A stretch of 64,000 bases of DNA from Chrysomallon squamiferum (Eukaryota; Animalia; Mollusca). The notes under the pieces were generated by a model that did not search any database, was not told the DNA's origin, and was given only the letters and a program-made list of their open reading frames with translations. The translations under genes were made by a program, and so were the position numbers. The DNA lies in NCBI GenBank assembly GCA_012295275.1, contig CM022676.1:9424001-9488000 (forward strand), read 5' to 3'. Shown here piece after piece: positions 45,591 to 59,095 of this stretch. The number at the start of each line of letters is the position of its first letter. The stretch's first letter is position 1.

Positions 45591-45678
45591 ATAGATTACC
45601 TTATAAACACACACACAGACAAACATAAAAGCAAAAATACGCTACACAAACACACACACACACACAGATATATACATA

Positions 45679-45716
<38 letters not shown>

Positions 45717-46185
45717 ACTCAGAGAAACATCTTAATGATATAAATCTCTGACTGGAAAACAACAACAAATGAAAATAAAAACAAATAAAATAAAAGAAAA
45801 TGAAATAAAATAAAAACAAAAAAATATATAAAAAATAAAATAAAAACAACAAAAAAAACAAAACAAAAGCAAAAAAAAAAAACAAACAAACAATTTAAAA
45901 TGGCGCATAAAGAATAAAGGGTTAATGTCACACGACACGGTGAACTGCAACACCTCTGTGGTTGATACAAATATTCTTAGCACGTAATTTTAACACGATT
46001 TTATTTTTGTATTCAAAGCTGAATACTGAGGATTTAAAAAAGCAACAGCTTTTTTTTTTTTTTGTTGTTGTTGTTGTTCGAAAAACAACAGCTCCAAACC
46101 ATAAAATAATTATAAATAATAATAATCTGTTAAATACTTTTTTAAAAAAAAATGTTTTATAAATTATAAATTTAAATATAAATAT

Positions 46186-46222
<37 letters not shown>

Positions 46223-46304
46223 ACTCCAGGAGCAACAGTTGATCAAATTTTTTAAAACCAATTAATAAAAATATATTCCATTTTTTATATAATATTCCAA
46301 TTAC

Positions 46305-46710
46305 CAACAGACTTCAAAAATTCGGAGGTCGATCATCAGTCCTAACTTTAGCCGCCGCAACCCTTTTGCTCCGAACTCTTTTTTAAAAAAAAAAAAAAAA
46401 AAAAAATAGAACAATTTCGCCGTCTGCTGTCTGGAGCCAGATATTCTTGTCACAGCCGACAAAACAGACATTGAAAGGTGCAAGTTCATTCATCATTCGC
46501 CACAATCTTTAAAGCGAAACGTTTCGGCACACACGAAACCTCTCTAGCTGTTTAGTAACATTTAGAAGATAGTTTCCTGACAGGAGAAATTCGACATGTG
46601 CACAACAGGCCGAGTATCATTGGTTACAGACGTGTCGTGTCGTCTGCTTCCCGTTAGGAGTGGCGCGAAAATTTGTTAAAGGGGCTGTGCCAGTATTTTC
46701 GTCATGTTCG
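46305..46710 (-). promoter_or_regulatory. CpG-rich promoter-like island with candidate non-coding first exon
   Basis: CCAAT at 46623-46619, E2F site TTTTCGCGCCA at 46671-46661, and donor TTG|GTAATT at 46305|46304. Confidence 0.4.
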
Positions 46711-46826
46711 GATTAGGTTTGTTGGGAAAAGAACTGAAATGATTGTGTATAATGTGTAATAAAAACAGAAGCACAGCTATAATAATTGTAATAAAAACAT
46801 AGTGAATAAAATATTAGTAACTTTAC

Positions 46827-46921
<95 letters not shown>

Positions 46922-47045
46922 TTGATATAGATATAGATAGATAGATAAATATATCTATATATATATACATAAATACACACACACACACACATACATATAT
47001 CATTATTATTATAAATATAATATCAAAACAATAATAATAATAAAA

Positions 47046-47079
<34 letters not shown>

Positions 47080-47415
47080 TTCACCAATACCAGAAAAATA
47101 AAAAAAAATTATATTACAACGTCACAGTACCTTTCCATTAACAACGCAGTATTAATCTTATCTGACGTCATGGGATTGTTCCTATTGATTACGTAGTTAC
47201 AACGTCATTTAGCGTTTTCTCTAAACAAGGATTAATACATTTCATTTAAAGCTTAAAATGTTTATCACGTTTCAAAATTATTATTACCAGTTATGTTTTG
47301 TTTATATCAAGATTATTCATAATTTTCTTGTATTTTATAGTGAAAATGGGTAATTTGCGAATTATCTAAAGTTTTAATATTCCTGTTCTTTTTTTCATCG
47401 TTTTCTTTTCTTTTC

Positions 47416-47468
<53 letters not shown>

Positions 47469-47586
47469 GTGTCATTTAACAAACTAATTTTAAAATACTA
47501 TTTTTCCTTTTCTTTATTATTATTATGTGTCTGAATTAATAAATATAATTTTTAAATAATTCAATATAAAAAGCAATATGCACGGA

Positions 47587-47644
<58 letters not shown>

Positions 47645-47672
47645 TTTATTTATAATAATAATAATAATAATA

Positions 47673-47707
<35 letters not shown>

Positions 47708-48444
47708 GATGATGATGATGATATTGTTGATGATAATGCATTTAATGATCATGTAAATTTATTGAAACGCAACATTATTTTTGTTTCATAAAACGGAAAT
47801 ATTATTAACTAAAATCCGTTTTCCCTATATATATATATATATAAAAAATGAACTGACTCATCTCCATGACGAAACAAAAACCAAATATTAGCTGAATTAT
47901 TTTATTTGTACAACACAAGCATAACTAATACGCGTTATTGGATTACAGTACAAACGGACAAATAAACAATTGAAACAAAACATCTAGAATTTCACAATAA
48001 CAGAAATCGGAATAAATATTTAATATTCTTATTGTTGAACAGCTGATAGACAGGTTTCCGATGCCACACCCGACATGGGCTTCTAATACCTCCATTATTG
48101 TGACCAATTACGGGATCAAAATGACCGTATCGTGTTCGGCAAAAACCGTTAGTAACCCGCCCTCTGTTTTCACGAAAATAAGCTGGCGTTAAATTCTGCC
48201 GAAAAGTGCCGAGCGATGACACGAATAATAGATTAACAGGCGACACGAAACGACGGAACTGAATCCTGTTAGTTAATAGAATGGTTTTAATAAAAGGTTA
48301 AAGTTCGCTGATGAAGTAATTCGTCACTTTGAGAAAACGGACCTACGCGAGGATCCCAGAAGTTTTTTTTCTATCTCTTTATTGATAATTTTTTTCTTCC
48401 TTTTTTTTTTGTTTTTTTTTTTCTTCCTCTTTGTTCTTTGACTT

Positions 48445-48509
<65 letters not shown>

Positions 48510-48666
48510 TTCTTTTTATGCTATGCTAAAATAGATTACAGTATTAAAAAGTAACTATTAATGCAATCAGTATATTCATGATTAACAGTCTCGATTTTCT
48601 TTACATTTAATTTATACATTTTATTGCTATTATTATTATTATTATTATATTTATTGTTATTATTAT

Positions 48667-48707
<41 letters not shown>

Positions 48708-48796
48708 CATATATATACATATAGAGAGAGAGAGTTTATGAAACAAAAAACAAACTCGCTTTAAATTAATTAACTTTATTCAATTCCACGATGTTC

Positions 48797-48870
48797 AAAA
48801 CCAGCCCTGACCTGGATTCGACCTTGCCAACCTCTCTCCCTATAAACCATCTCGTCAGTTATCGCTGTAC
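48797..48870 (-). mobile_element. Degenerate tRNA-like (SINE head) remnant
   Basis: The - strand has a B-box-like aggtcgaatcc followed by aggtcagggc. No intact cloverleaf is visible. Confidence 0.25.
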
Positions 48871-49451
48871 GTGATTTGAGCATCAGTTAATCAACCATTA
48901 CCATAAAACAATTACTCAAAGCCGCCATTGTTGGGCGGCAGATTAGTACTATCTTCCCATAAACTGTTCTACATTTCGTGACGTAGCGCTAATTGTTCAG
49001 ATTACGTCGGACTAAACTTAATGCTGTTTTGATGGTGAGAAATGCTTTTAAACGAACGAGGAAAGAGTTAATGTCTAATTACTTTGTATTTTCAAATTAT
49101 ACAGTGGAGGGGGGGGAGGGAATGGGTGGAGTGTGATTCTTAGAGGAGGTCTCCCGTCAGGCTATTTTTCCATTGGATTCGCGAATGACAAACATGGCGA
49201 AAAAAAATCGTAAAACCGTGTGATATTAAATGTCACGCAGGATTACGAACAATGCAAAATAAAGTAATCAAGCTTAAACAAAATTAACTAAAAATAAACA
49301 AATGAAACGTAATAAATTAATTTTGAAAACCAATTCGATAAATGAGGCTGTCGTCTTAACACATTAATAAATGAACTGTTATTGCTTTATTTTGATGTGT
49401 TCGTCTTCATCATAATCTAATAAAAAATAAAACTGATTTATTAATAACCGC

Positions 49452-49551
<100 letters not shown>

Positions 49552-50346
49552 ATATTTACTTTTAAGCTTTGTTTCAGCCATTTATTAATTATTATTTACA
49601 ACGATTTATGAAAAAGCAGTGTTCTTGAAACTATTAAGAAGATAAAAATATATTAAAAATGTAGAAACATCTTTCAATAGTTGTTGTTGTTTTTATTTTT
49701 ATTTATTTGATTTTTTTTTTTTTTTTTTTTATCCGTTGTTGTTGTTCTTCTTCTTATTATTATTATCATTATTTTTAATTTTTTTTTTATTTTATTTTGG
49801 ATTTTATTTTCTTTCTTTTTTTGATTAATAGAATCTAATTTTATTTTCGTATTTGTACGTAGAGTCTAGTAAGTCTGAAATACTAATTAGCTAGTCCATC
49901 TTTTTCATTTTATGATTTCACTTTTTTTTGCCATTTTTTATTTTTTTTATTTTTAAAAAACATCCACAACAATATCGCATAGTTCATGTAATTATTCTTT
50001 CTTTCAGAATCAGAAACTTGAGTCTTTTTTTGGTAACTTTTAAAACCATTAAAAAGGAGACTGCCACTCCGAATAACGTTGAACGAAATCACACCGATAT
50101 TTAGCCTCGCTTTCAAAAAAAAAATTTTCTACTTTGTCTTTCAGCAGACGAATAAACTGTTTCCTTTCGTTCGTCGACTGCTCCTATTAGCAGTGCATTA
50201 ACACCTAGTGATGAAAGAGGCGGAACAATTTTCATGTTTGTAAATCTAATTTCACATATGCAGAATATTATTTTCACATTTGTAAAACTTGATGGAATGT
50301 TTGTGAGTGCAGAGTCTGGTGCCAGGAAAATTAAAAGAGAGAGAGA

Positions 50347-50427
<81 letters not shown>

Positions 50428-50859
50428 AGAAGAAATAGAGAGAGAGGAGAAGGAGAAGACGAAGAAGAAGACGAAGAAGAAGAAAGAAAGAAAGAATAAT
50501 ACTTTTTCTTGTAGCTCTGGAAAATAGTACAGACTATAGAATTACCAGGAAGAACAAAACAAAATATTCTATTAATAACGTACTTAACATAAATAAACAA
50601 TTATATGACGTCAAACCAAATTATACCATTGTCCCCAGAAATAAAATTTTATTAATGACGTATTTAATATAATTATTAAATATGCAATTACATGACGTCG
50701 TGCATAATCATATAAACCACTGTCCTTAGAGATAACAAGAAAAGACGTTTCTGTCACGTGATGAGTCGCTTAGCATCAAGGGTATATTTTAAAAACATTT
50801 CCCACACAGATAAGAAAAATTATCTCTCAGCTTTGATAAACCTGTTGAGAACAGCTCTC

Positions 50860-51060
50860 TGTATCAGGAAATAGCCTTGATGCGGGGGGGGGCTGGCGTG
50901 ATTCGATCCCGCGACCAATCAAAACTGAGGCCAGCTCTCTCTCTCTCTCCACTTGTCTGCAACGCAGACGTGACTACAGTACAGGGGAGGGGCTTATATT
51001 GGAGATTTTCTGTCTGATTGACAGTTAGTGATTGGCAGAGTTGAAGTAGGAGGGTTTCTT
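50860..51060. promoter_or_regulatory. Promoter-like island
   Basis: Three CCAAT/ATTGG boxes, GC box ggggaggggc, TGATTGACAG (Pbx/Meis-type) and elevated CpG. Confidence 0.4.
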
Positions 51061-51280
51061 GAAGATGCAGTTGCAGAGATGTGGAGACAATAAAAAGTTT
51101 ACTTATAATATATATATATATATATATAAAACACACACACACACACACACATACATGTTAACCTACATGTGAAACAAATCAACAAATTAAAATAATAATT
51201 ATTTAAATTAAATTAAAAATTAATAAAACTAAAAAAACAACAAACCTCCCCAGATATATAGAATGATATACAGACAGAAA

Positions 51281-51319
<39 letters not shown>

Positions 51320-51649
51320 ATCTGCTTCTTATCATTATTGCTAATAAAACTGCTAACTTTACTATTACTGCTCCTGTTACTACTACTACAATAACTGCAT
51401 CTATCATTACTATTACTGCTGTAACTGCTACTGATTTTTCTGCTACAGCTATTGCTTTTATACCATCAACCATTACTATTACTACTATAACTTCTATTAT
51501 TTTTACTACTGTGATCTCAGCTACTACTACTTCTACCATTACTATTACTACTACTACAACAACCACCTCTGTGTTAATGCTATAATTGTAACATTTGCTA
51601 CTGCTACTGCTACTGCTGCTACTACTACTTCTACCACTACTATTACTAC

Positions 51650-51712
<63 letters not shown>

Positions 51713-52506
51713 CGAAATGAGTGTTTGTAACGGTAATCGTGTTACAATTATCTAATCTGTGTCAAATTTAAAAAATTCTTTTTTGATTTTCCTTTCCTGT
51801 GGAAAAACGAAGTAACAGTGGGTACTCAGTCTTTCTAAACATTTTGATGAAATGAAATCTCAAAAACACGATTTTAATGACTATATAATAGTACGACTGT
51901 AGTACAGTATAGATAAGAACAACTCATCAACAGTTATAATTCTTTTTGCGTTTAATTTAATCAGTTTCACATATAATAAATTATTTATTTATGTATTTAT
52001 TTTTATAAATTTGTAAATGCGTATTATTTTTATATGTAAATATATTTTCGATTCTTTAGCAATGGAAACTTAAAGATAGTAAGGGGAAAAGTGGCTCAGT
52101 CTTTTAAAGTTTTTTCTAAACACTTTAAAATAATTTTAATATAAATAAATAATTAAATAAATAAATAAATTAATAATTTACGCGATTACTGTTATGAAAA
52201 AATTATAAAATTACTTTAACTGGTTTCCTTTATGGGCGATGGTCAAATTAGTTTTCACTCCGCATTTATCAGATCCAGTTCACGTTCGGAAATTGTTATT
52301 TCCTGTTTAATTTCCGCCATTGTTGCCCGATATATAGGCGAAAATAAAATTAGAAGTCTATAAAGCAAAAGAAACACGAATTATTAATGGAAACATATAC
52401 TAAAATATACTGAAATAATTTCAGTCACTGTAATCTCCCCTGTCAAAGAATTAACCTCACCCTTGAAACAACAACAACAAACTATATTCTTGATTTCTTT
52501 CTTCTT

Positions 52507-52572
<66 letters not shown>

Positions 52573-53318
52573 TGTGTCCTATTTATACATCTCGTAGCCA
52601 CGTATAATTGTGTTAACACAACACGAACAGAAATCTAAAAATTCGAGAACGTCTGTCAAACCAAAACACTAAATGGATTGTTTATCTCTTTTATCTTGTC
52701 CAGTTTCAAATTAATTATTATAATTAATTTTATCTTAGCATTTTTTAATTATTTATTTATTATTTTTATTTACACGTTTCCTATTTATTTATTTTTTTAC
52801 TGGAAAATATAATATAAAAAAGACGGTAAACACCGGCTAAAAGAGGGTCTCGTAATTTGAAGGTGGAATTTCGTTCGGAAGAGGAAATATACATATATGT
52901 CTTTTGTTTGGTTGGTTAGTGGTTACTGTAAAGGTTATTTAATGCAGGATTTTTGCCTAAAATATCAAAATACATGTACGATCGTGATAAACTGTTAGGC
53001 AAGAATTAAGACATTACAGAAACGGACTAAAGAAAGGCTCTAAGTAGTGCAGAAACGAGGACGAAATCCGTGCACGACCATATGGATACGTGATGATTCC
53101 AAACTGCGGACCGGAAAAGAATGTCAGTTTTTGGTGAAGTTTAATTTTGTTGTTGTATTGTGGTTAAGAATTAAATATATTCTTATCGTTGCATCTATAA
53201 TTAAGTATATTCAAACTAATATATGAAACTGTGGATTTTAAAAGGTGGAACCGATTTATTATTACAGACGATGGAAATGTTTGATTCGTAAAATATTTGT
53301 TACGATTATGTAGTTACA

Positions 53319-55451
53319 ATGGATTCTAAGGCAGCAGCATCACCAGTAGCATCTTTTCAGTGTGACATCTGTGCCAAATCGTTTTCTAAAGCTGTTTATT
53401 TGAAGAAACACAAACTTATTCATACAGGAGAACGAAGGTTTAAGTGTGAAATTTGTGGCAAAACATGCCTGAGAAATGGGGACCTAAAAAAACACATGGT
53501 GAAACACACAGGAGAAAAACGGTACCAGTGTGACATCTGTGCAAAACGTTTTCACAGACGTGTCACCTTAAAGAACATCTTCTAGTTCATTCAAGCGAGA
53601 AACCAATCAGCTGCAACATTTGCTGGAAATGTTTCAAGGACAGCAGAAGTCTAAGAAGACATCTTTTAGTTCACATGGGACAGAATCCGTTTCGCTGTCT
53701 CGAGTGTTCAAAAATATTTCCTCAGAGTGCCGATTTGAGGACTCACATGTTGGTCATTCATTGCGGTGAACCCGCTTACTGTTGTGGAGAGTGTTCAACT
53801 TCGTACGCATTCATCGAATCTTTAAAGAATCACATGAAAGTTCATACAACAGACCCTTCGTTAGCATACATCATTCCTTACAAAGGCTACAAACAAAACG
53901 ACGATTCGGATGATGAAGAGGGAATTCGGAACCGGATGTTTTCAGGTGCGACAAGTGTTTCCGGTATTTTTCGCAGGACGAAACTTTGAAAAAACACCTG
54001 TTGATTCACGAGGAAGAAAATTTAAAAGCGAAGGCTGAGGCCAACTCGCCAAAGCGTCACATGATCATTCGTGCGGAGGGGGACTGTCTCGAGTACGTGG
54101 AGGCCACGAGCGACGTCAAGCCGATAAGCAAAATCAAACTGAGAGGCTTGATAGCGCTGAAGGAGAAACGATACAGGTGTGGAGTGTGCTCGAAGTGTTT
54201 CTGTAAAAACAGCAACTTGAAAAGACACATGTTAATCCACGCCAAAAAACTGGGCCAGGTTCACCCTTCTGACGATTCGAAATCGAAAAAAGGCTCGAAA
54301 AAGAAGTCGGGGAAACGAGCGGAGAACTCGGGCAGTGGTCCGAAATCAAAGACTCACATGGTCATACATCCCGAGGAAGAGCGACTGGATTACATAGAAG
54401 CTTCCACTTCAGAATGCGACGATGAGAAAAATCTGGAGCAGGGTAAGTCGTCCAGAAATGAGGTTCACTCTGACTGCAGTGATAGCGGAGATGATAAAGA
54501 TTTGACGCAAAAAACGACAAAACCTCTTTCAAATGCCAGACATGTTCTGCTATTTTCTCTCAGGAAAGTCATTTAAAAAAACACATGCTCATTCATGTCA
54601 AAGGAAATGATTCCGATGTGGACGATGTGGATGATCAGAAATCGTCAAAGAATGATGATTATAATCGTGATTCACGCAACAGAGCAAAACGGCGAGAACG
54701 TTTGGATGACGAGTTATTCAAGTGTGGAATGTGCTGTGAAAACTTCACGGAAGAAAGGGCTTTGAAAGAACACATAGTTCTTCACGCAGAGGAGAAAGAC
54801 GACGAATACCATTCGAAGGACGACACGGAGGAGTCCGATTACTGCAACAATGACAACAGCATGCCCTATTCGGATGATGATATTCACAACGACGATGCGG
54901 AAGACGACGAGCTTTACAAATGTGGTGTCTGCTCGGAGAGTTTTTCCGAAGACGTGTCACTGAAGAAGCACATGCTGGTGCACACCGAATCGGCAGCTCG
55001 GGGTAAAGGGGACCGTCGCAGCGACGACGTCATCATCAAACGGGTGAGATTAGACGATTCGGACGACCTTGCTGAGCTGCTGAAACTGTCAAGAGCAGAC
55101 GCGGCTCCGGAGAAAGTCTACCGCTGCAACCAGTGTCCGAAGACATTCAACAACAGCACGAGCCTTTCACGACACATTCTGGTCCACACAGACATCAAGC
55201 AGTTCGAGTGTGACCAGTGCAGCAAGTCCTTCACCCTTGGGGAGTACCTGCGGGCACACAAGACGGTGGTGCACAGTGAAAACAAACCGTACATTTGCGG
55301 AGAGTGTTCCAAATCGTTTGCCTTCAATGCAGCGCTCCGCACGCACATGATGATTCACACGGGACAGAGACCCTACCAGTGTCAGAACTGTTCCAAGTCG
55401 TTCGCTCTGAAAGGAAATCTGAAAAGACATGTTTTACTTCACTGTAATTAA
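53319..55451 (+). CDS. Multi-C2H2 zinc finger protein, about 15 fingers and about 711 aa if three -1 frameshifts are repaired; single coding exon
   Basis: ORFs 53319, 53675, 53986 and 54585 each carry C-x2-C-x12-H-x3/4-H fingers, with TGEKR/TGERR/TGQRP-type linkers in the first and last. Reading the -1 frame across each junction recovers hidden fingers (CDICAKRFSQTCHLKEHLLVH, CNICWKCFKDSRSLRRHLLVH, CDKCFRYFSQDETLKKHLLIH, CQTCSAIFSQESHLKKHMLIH). Breaks near 53549-53560, 53915-53943 and 54495-54530. It could be an intact gene with consensus errors or a young pseudogene. Confidence 0.9.
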
Positions 55452-55999
55452 TTAATTTAAAATTTTTTTTTTTTTAAATGTCTTAATCTCTTCCGGTTAT
55501 AAAAAAATATTGCAGGGGGGTGTTCATCAGTTTTTTTATGTGTACAAAAGTTAACGTTGAAATTTGAAGAAAAAAAAAATCATGTTGTTAACATTTGTCG
55601 TCTGTTGATTTGTTTTTGATGGTTGTTACTTATTAATTCTCTTCAGGTATATTTTTTTTTTTTTTTTTTTATATAAAATTTTCAAAATACTTTAAAAAAA
55701 AAAAAATTGTTTTTGGATTATGGTTAATTGGTGTTTATTAATATAATTTTCATTTGTTCTCTTGTTCCTAATCACGTCACTGTTCAGCATAAAATAATCA
55801 TGTAAAGTTGTATGTATGCTACATATTTGATTCACAGCCATTTTATTTCATTTGAATTTAAAATCTGAAGGATATCTGAAAAAAGAAATACTTCACTCTC
55901 ATAAATATTTTATTAATTTTATATATTAATACCTGTTTCTTGCATGTTAATATCAATCATAGAAAATTTCATGGATAAAATTTAAATTATTTTAAAACT

Positions 56000-56038
<39 letters not shown>

Positions 56039-56714
56039 TATATATGCATACATACATACATTATATATTCTATTCTGAAATTTTGAACAGTGAAAATTAA
56101 AATTAATGTAAATTATTAATGGACATTTCCCATGATTTGGTTTCTTTTTTCTGTTTAGGTATAAACCATTTTATTTAAAAATGTAAAATCAAAATTTTAT
56201 CAGAATTAATATTTATAATTCTTACATTCAGTCCATATTAATTAATTAATGTATACAATTTATTATCAGAAATGTTCATGTATGAATTTGCTATATCGTC
56301 AGATGTTTAGTTTAAATTTAACATATAATCTTCATTTCAGGAAATTCATTACACGTTATAATTATTTTATTTAAACTGAATCTAAGCAACAGCAGCAAAT
56401 AATCAAACTGTGGAAATTCACAAATCTGGTTCCATCCATAAAAATCATAAAAACATAAATAAAAAAACATTTATAAAATTTTATTTCATTTATTTATTTT
56501 ATTTTTATATGCAAGGTTACAGAAACTGTTATGATAGCAAAGGAAAAAAAAAAAATGCCTAACAGAATAACTTGAATATATATATATATATATACTGTGT
56601 AACATTTCTACACATTAAAAAAATGGAATAAATAAATAAATAAATAAACAAATAAAAAAATCTAAATTATAAATTGTAACAAAAGAACTGTAAATATAGT
56701 ACAAGAGACAACAG

Positions 56715-56885
56715 AGTATTATTTACTGTTTTGGGGAAGGTGCATATAAATAGTTCCTTTCTGCTAATTTTAAAAGAGCAGGTAACTGTGCCTTGGCATT
56801 GGATTTTTCTCTGTCATTGTGTGGAATTATGACATTACAGTAAAGAGAATATAACAGTATGTTTAACCAGTGCTTTATAAAACTA
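56715..56885 (+). mobile_element. SINE remnant of the same core family, opposite orientation to the 58.4 kb copy
   Basis: ggggaaggtgcatataaatagttcctttctgctaattttaaaagagcag aligns to the reverse complement of 58383-58430. Boundaries approximate. Confidence 0.55.
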
Positions 56886-57456
56886 GATTAAAAGTTTTAT
56901 TAAACTGAATGTTATGCAGAGCTACACACAATATTCTTAGGACCAAACAACATATAGTTAACTTCAGAAAGAAATTGTTTATAAATATTTAAATTAAATG
57001 TAAAAGTTTATAATAAAGGTAAGTTTTGAAGTCTATAAAGATTTATTTGAATAATTTTTTTAAGGAAACACTGAAATTAAATATTAATCAGTTACTTAAT
57101 TTACATTTATTTCTTTGGTGTGTCATTTATATTAAGTAGAAAAATTGTCTGAATCGTTGCTTGGAGGAACTTGTTTGAAAAAATGAAAGTTACTTAACAT
57201 TGTATGTTGTGTGTGTGTATATATATACTTGTCACAGGGTTTTTTTCTTTTTAATTACTTATTCATAAAATTATTTTCCATCAATAATAGAAATAGGTAG
57301 CCAGTACACACATAATCCGAATCACTGTGTCTGACCATTGCTCTCATTTCACTTTTGGTTTCTCTCTCTTTCTGTCTTTCTCTCTCTCCTTTGCACTCTC
57401 TTTACTTCTAATTTCTCTGCCCCATCTGTCTCTCTGTAGGTCCGTATCTCACCATT

Positions 57457-57543
<87 letters not shown>

Positions 57544-57696
57544 GCTCATTATCTATTGTTATTTATATTTGTCAGGAAGACTAGAATTTCATTATTTATT
57601 TGCTGCTGGTATTTAGTAATGTGGTGCAGCATTTATTCATTGTTCTTTTATTTCAGAAACACACAAACACACACACACAGATATTATATTTTAAAC

Positions 57697-57860
57697 TGAG
57701 TAATGATTATAATATAATATTATAATGCTACACACTAATTTAATATTAATATCATCAGCTTAATTTTAAGTTTAACATCAGCCTAAAGAACATGGAGCTT
57801 AACTATTATGGTTGTTTGTCATTAAATAAATGATATTCATGAAGACAAATAAAGGTTCAA

Positions 57861-57892
<32 letters not shown>

Positions 57893-58002
57893 GGAGGTTA
57901 GCTTCATGTTCTTTAGGTTGATGTTAAGCTCATTATAAGCTGACTATATTAATATTAAATTAGTGAGTAATGATTATAATGTTATATTATAATCATTACT
58001 CA
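57697..58002. repeat. Long imperfect inverted repeat (arms about 105 bp, spacer about 90 bp)
   Basis: 57697-57803 (tgagtaatgattataat...cactaatttaatattaatat...ttaacatcagcctaaagaacatggagct) is the reverse complement of 57897-58002. The right arm contains its own hairpin gtgagtaatgattataat-gttat-attataatcattactcac. Confidence 0.9.
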
Positions 58003-58016
58003 CAGTAACCTCAGAA

Positions 58017-58047
<31 letters not shown>

Positions 58048-58379
58048 TTATAATAATTATTGCTATTATTGAACAAATTTTTAATATATATGAAAACATG
58101 CATTTTAATAAATGTATACATTAGTAATGAATGATATGTGATTTACAAATTCATGTATAATTGTTTTTCTGTCTGACTACTGTATTCCTCATACCATTTC
58201 TGTTCTGTTTTGTAAGGAAGCAATAAACTGAATAGATTTTAAATATGAATTTATGTTTGTCTTTTGTGAAATGGAGGAATGGACAAAGGAAACAACTGAT
58301 TTAAAGCCATACTCGGCACATTTTACTAATGGTTTTATTGTGATGTATGTAACTGTGGTAAATCAAACACTTTAACATT

Positions 58380-58510
58380 GAGCTGCTCTTTTTGATTAGC
58401 AGAAAGGAATCTTTTATATGCACCATACCAGATTGGACCAGATGTGGAGCACTTTCTGGAACGGGCCACTTCAGTTGTGTCCTTCAAGGGGGAACGATCT
58501 CACAACCCTT
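58380..58510 (-). mobile_element. tRNA-derived SINE remnant with conserved core
   Basis: gctgctctttttgattagcagaaaggaatcttttatatgcacc is the reverse complement of a recalled molluscan SINE core (GGTGCATATAAAAGATCCCTTGCTGCTAATC) and matches two other copies in this window. Family name needs a Dfam/Repbase search. Confidence 0.65.
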
Positions 58511-58523
58511 CACTGAACAATAC

Positions 58524-58563
<40 letters not shown>

Positions 58564-58727
58564 TGTTTGTGAGATATATTGAAAGAATATAAAATGCAAA
58601 TCAAAGTAATAATGCTGTTAATAATACTGTCTTACAAACATTAGGAGCAAAAATGTTTAATTAATAATTATATCGTAGAAGATATAACCCATTGTTTCTT
58701 CTCTGTCATTTTACCTTTCAGTAGTGC

Positions 58728-58830
58728 ATATATATATATATGTATGTGTAGGTGTGTGTGTGTGTGCGTATATGAGTATATATATATATATATATATATG
58801 TGTGTGGGTGTGCGTGTGTGTGTATATGAG

Positions 58831-58877
<47 letters not shown>

Positions 58878-58938
58878 ATATGAGTATATATATATATATA
58901 TATATATGTGTGTGGGTGTGCGTGTGTGTGTATATGAG

Positions 58939-58983
<45 letters not shown>

Positions 58984-59008
58984 ATATGAGTATGTATATA
59001 TATATATA

Positions 59009-59058
<50 letters not shown>

Positions 59059-59095
59059 GGTGTGCGTGTGTGTGTATATGAGTATATATATATAA
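58728..59095. repeat. Higher-order microsatellite, unit about 55-60 bp of (TG)n-tatatgag-(TA)n
   Basis: tatatgagta recurs 6 times between alternating TG and TA tracts. Confidence 0.9.

Noticed and set aside
53540-54545. Small introns as the cause of the frame changes
   Set aside because: Finger spacing at the first break needs one base added rather than sequence removed, and no convincing GT-AG pairs flank the breaks.
54022-55430. Minus-strand ORFs inside the zinc-finger gene
   Set aside because: Antisense shadows of a GC-richer coding sequence.
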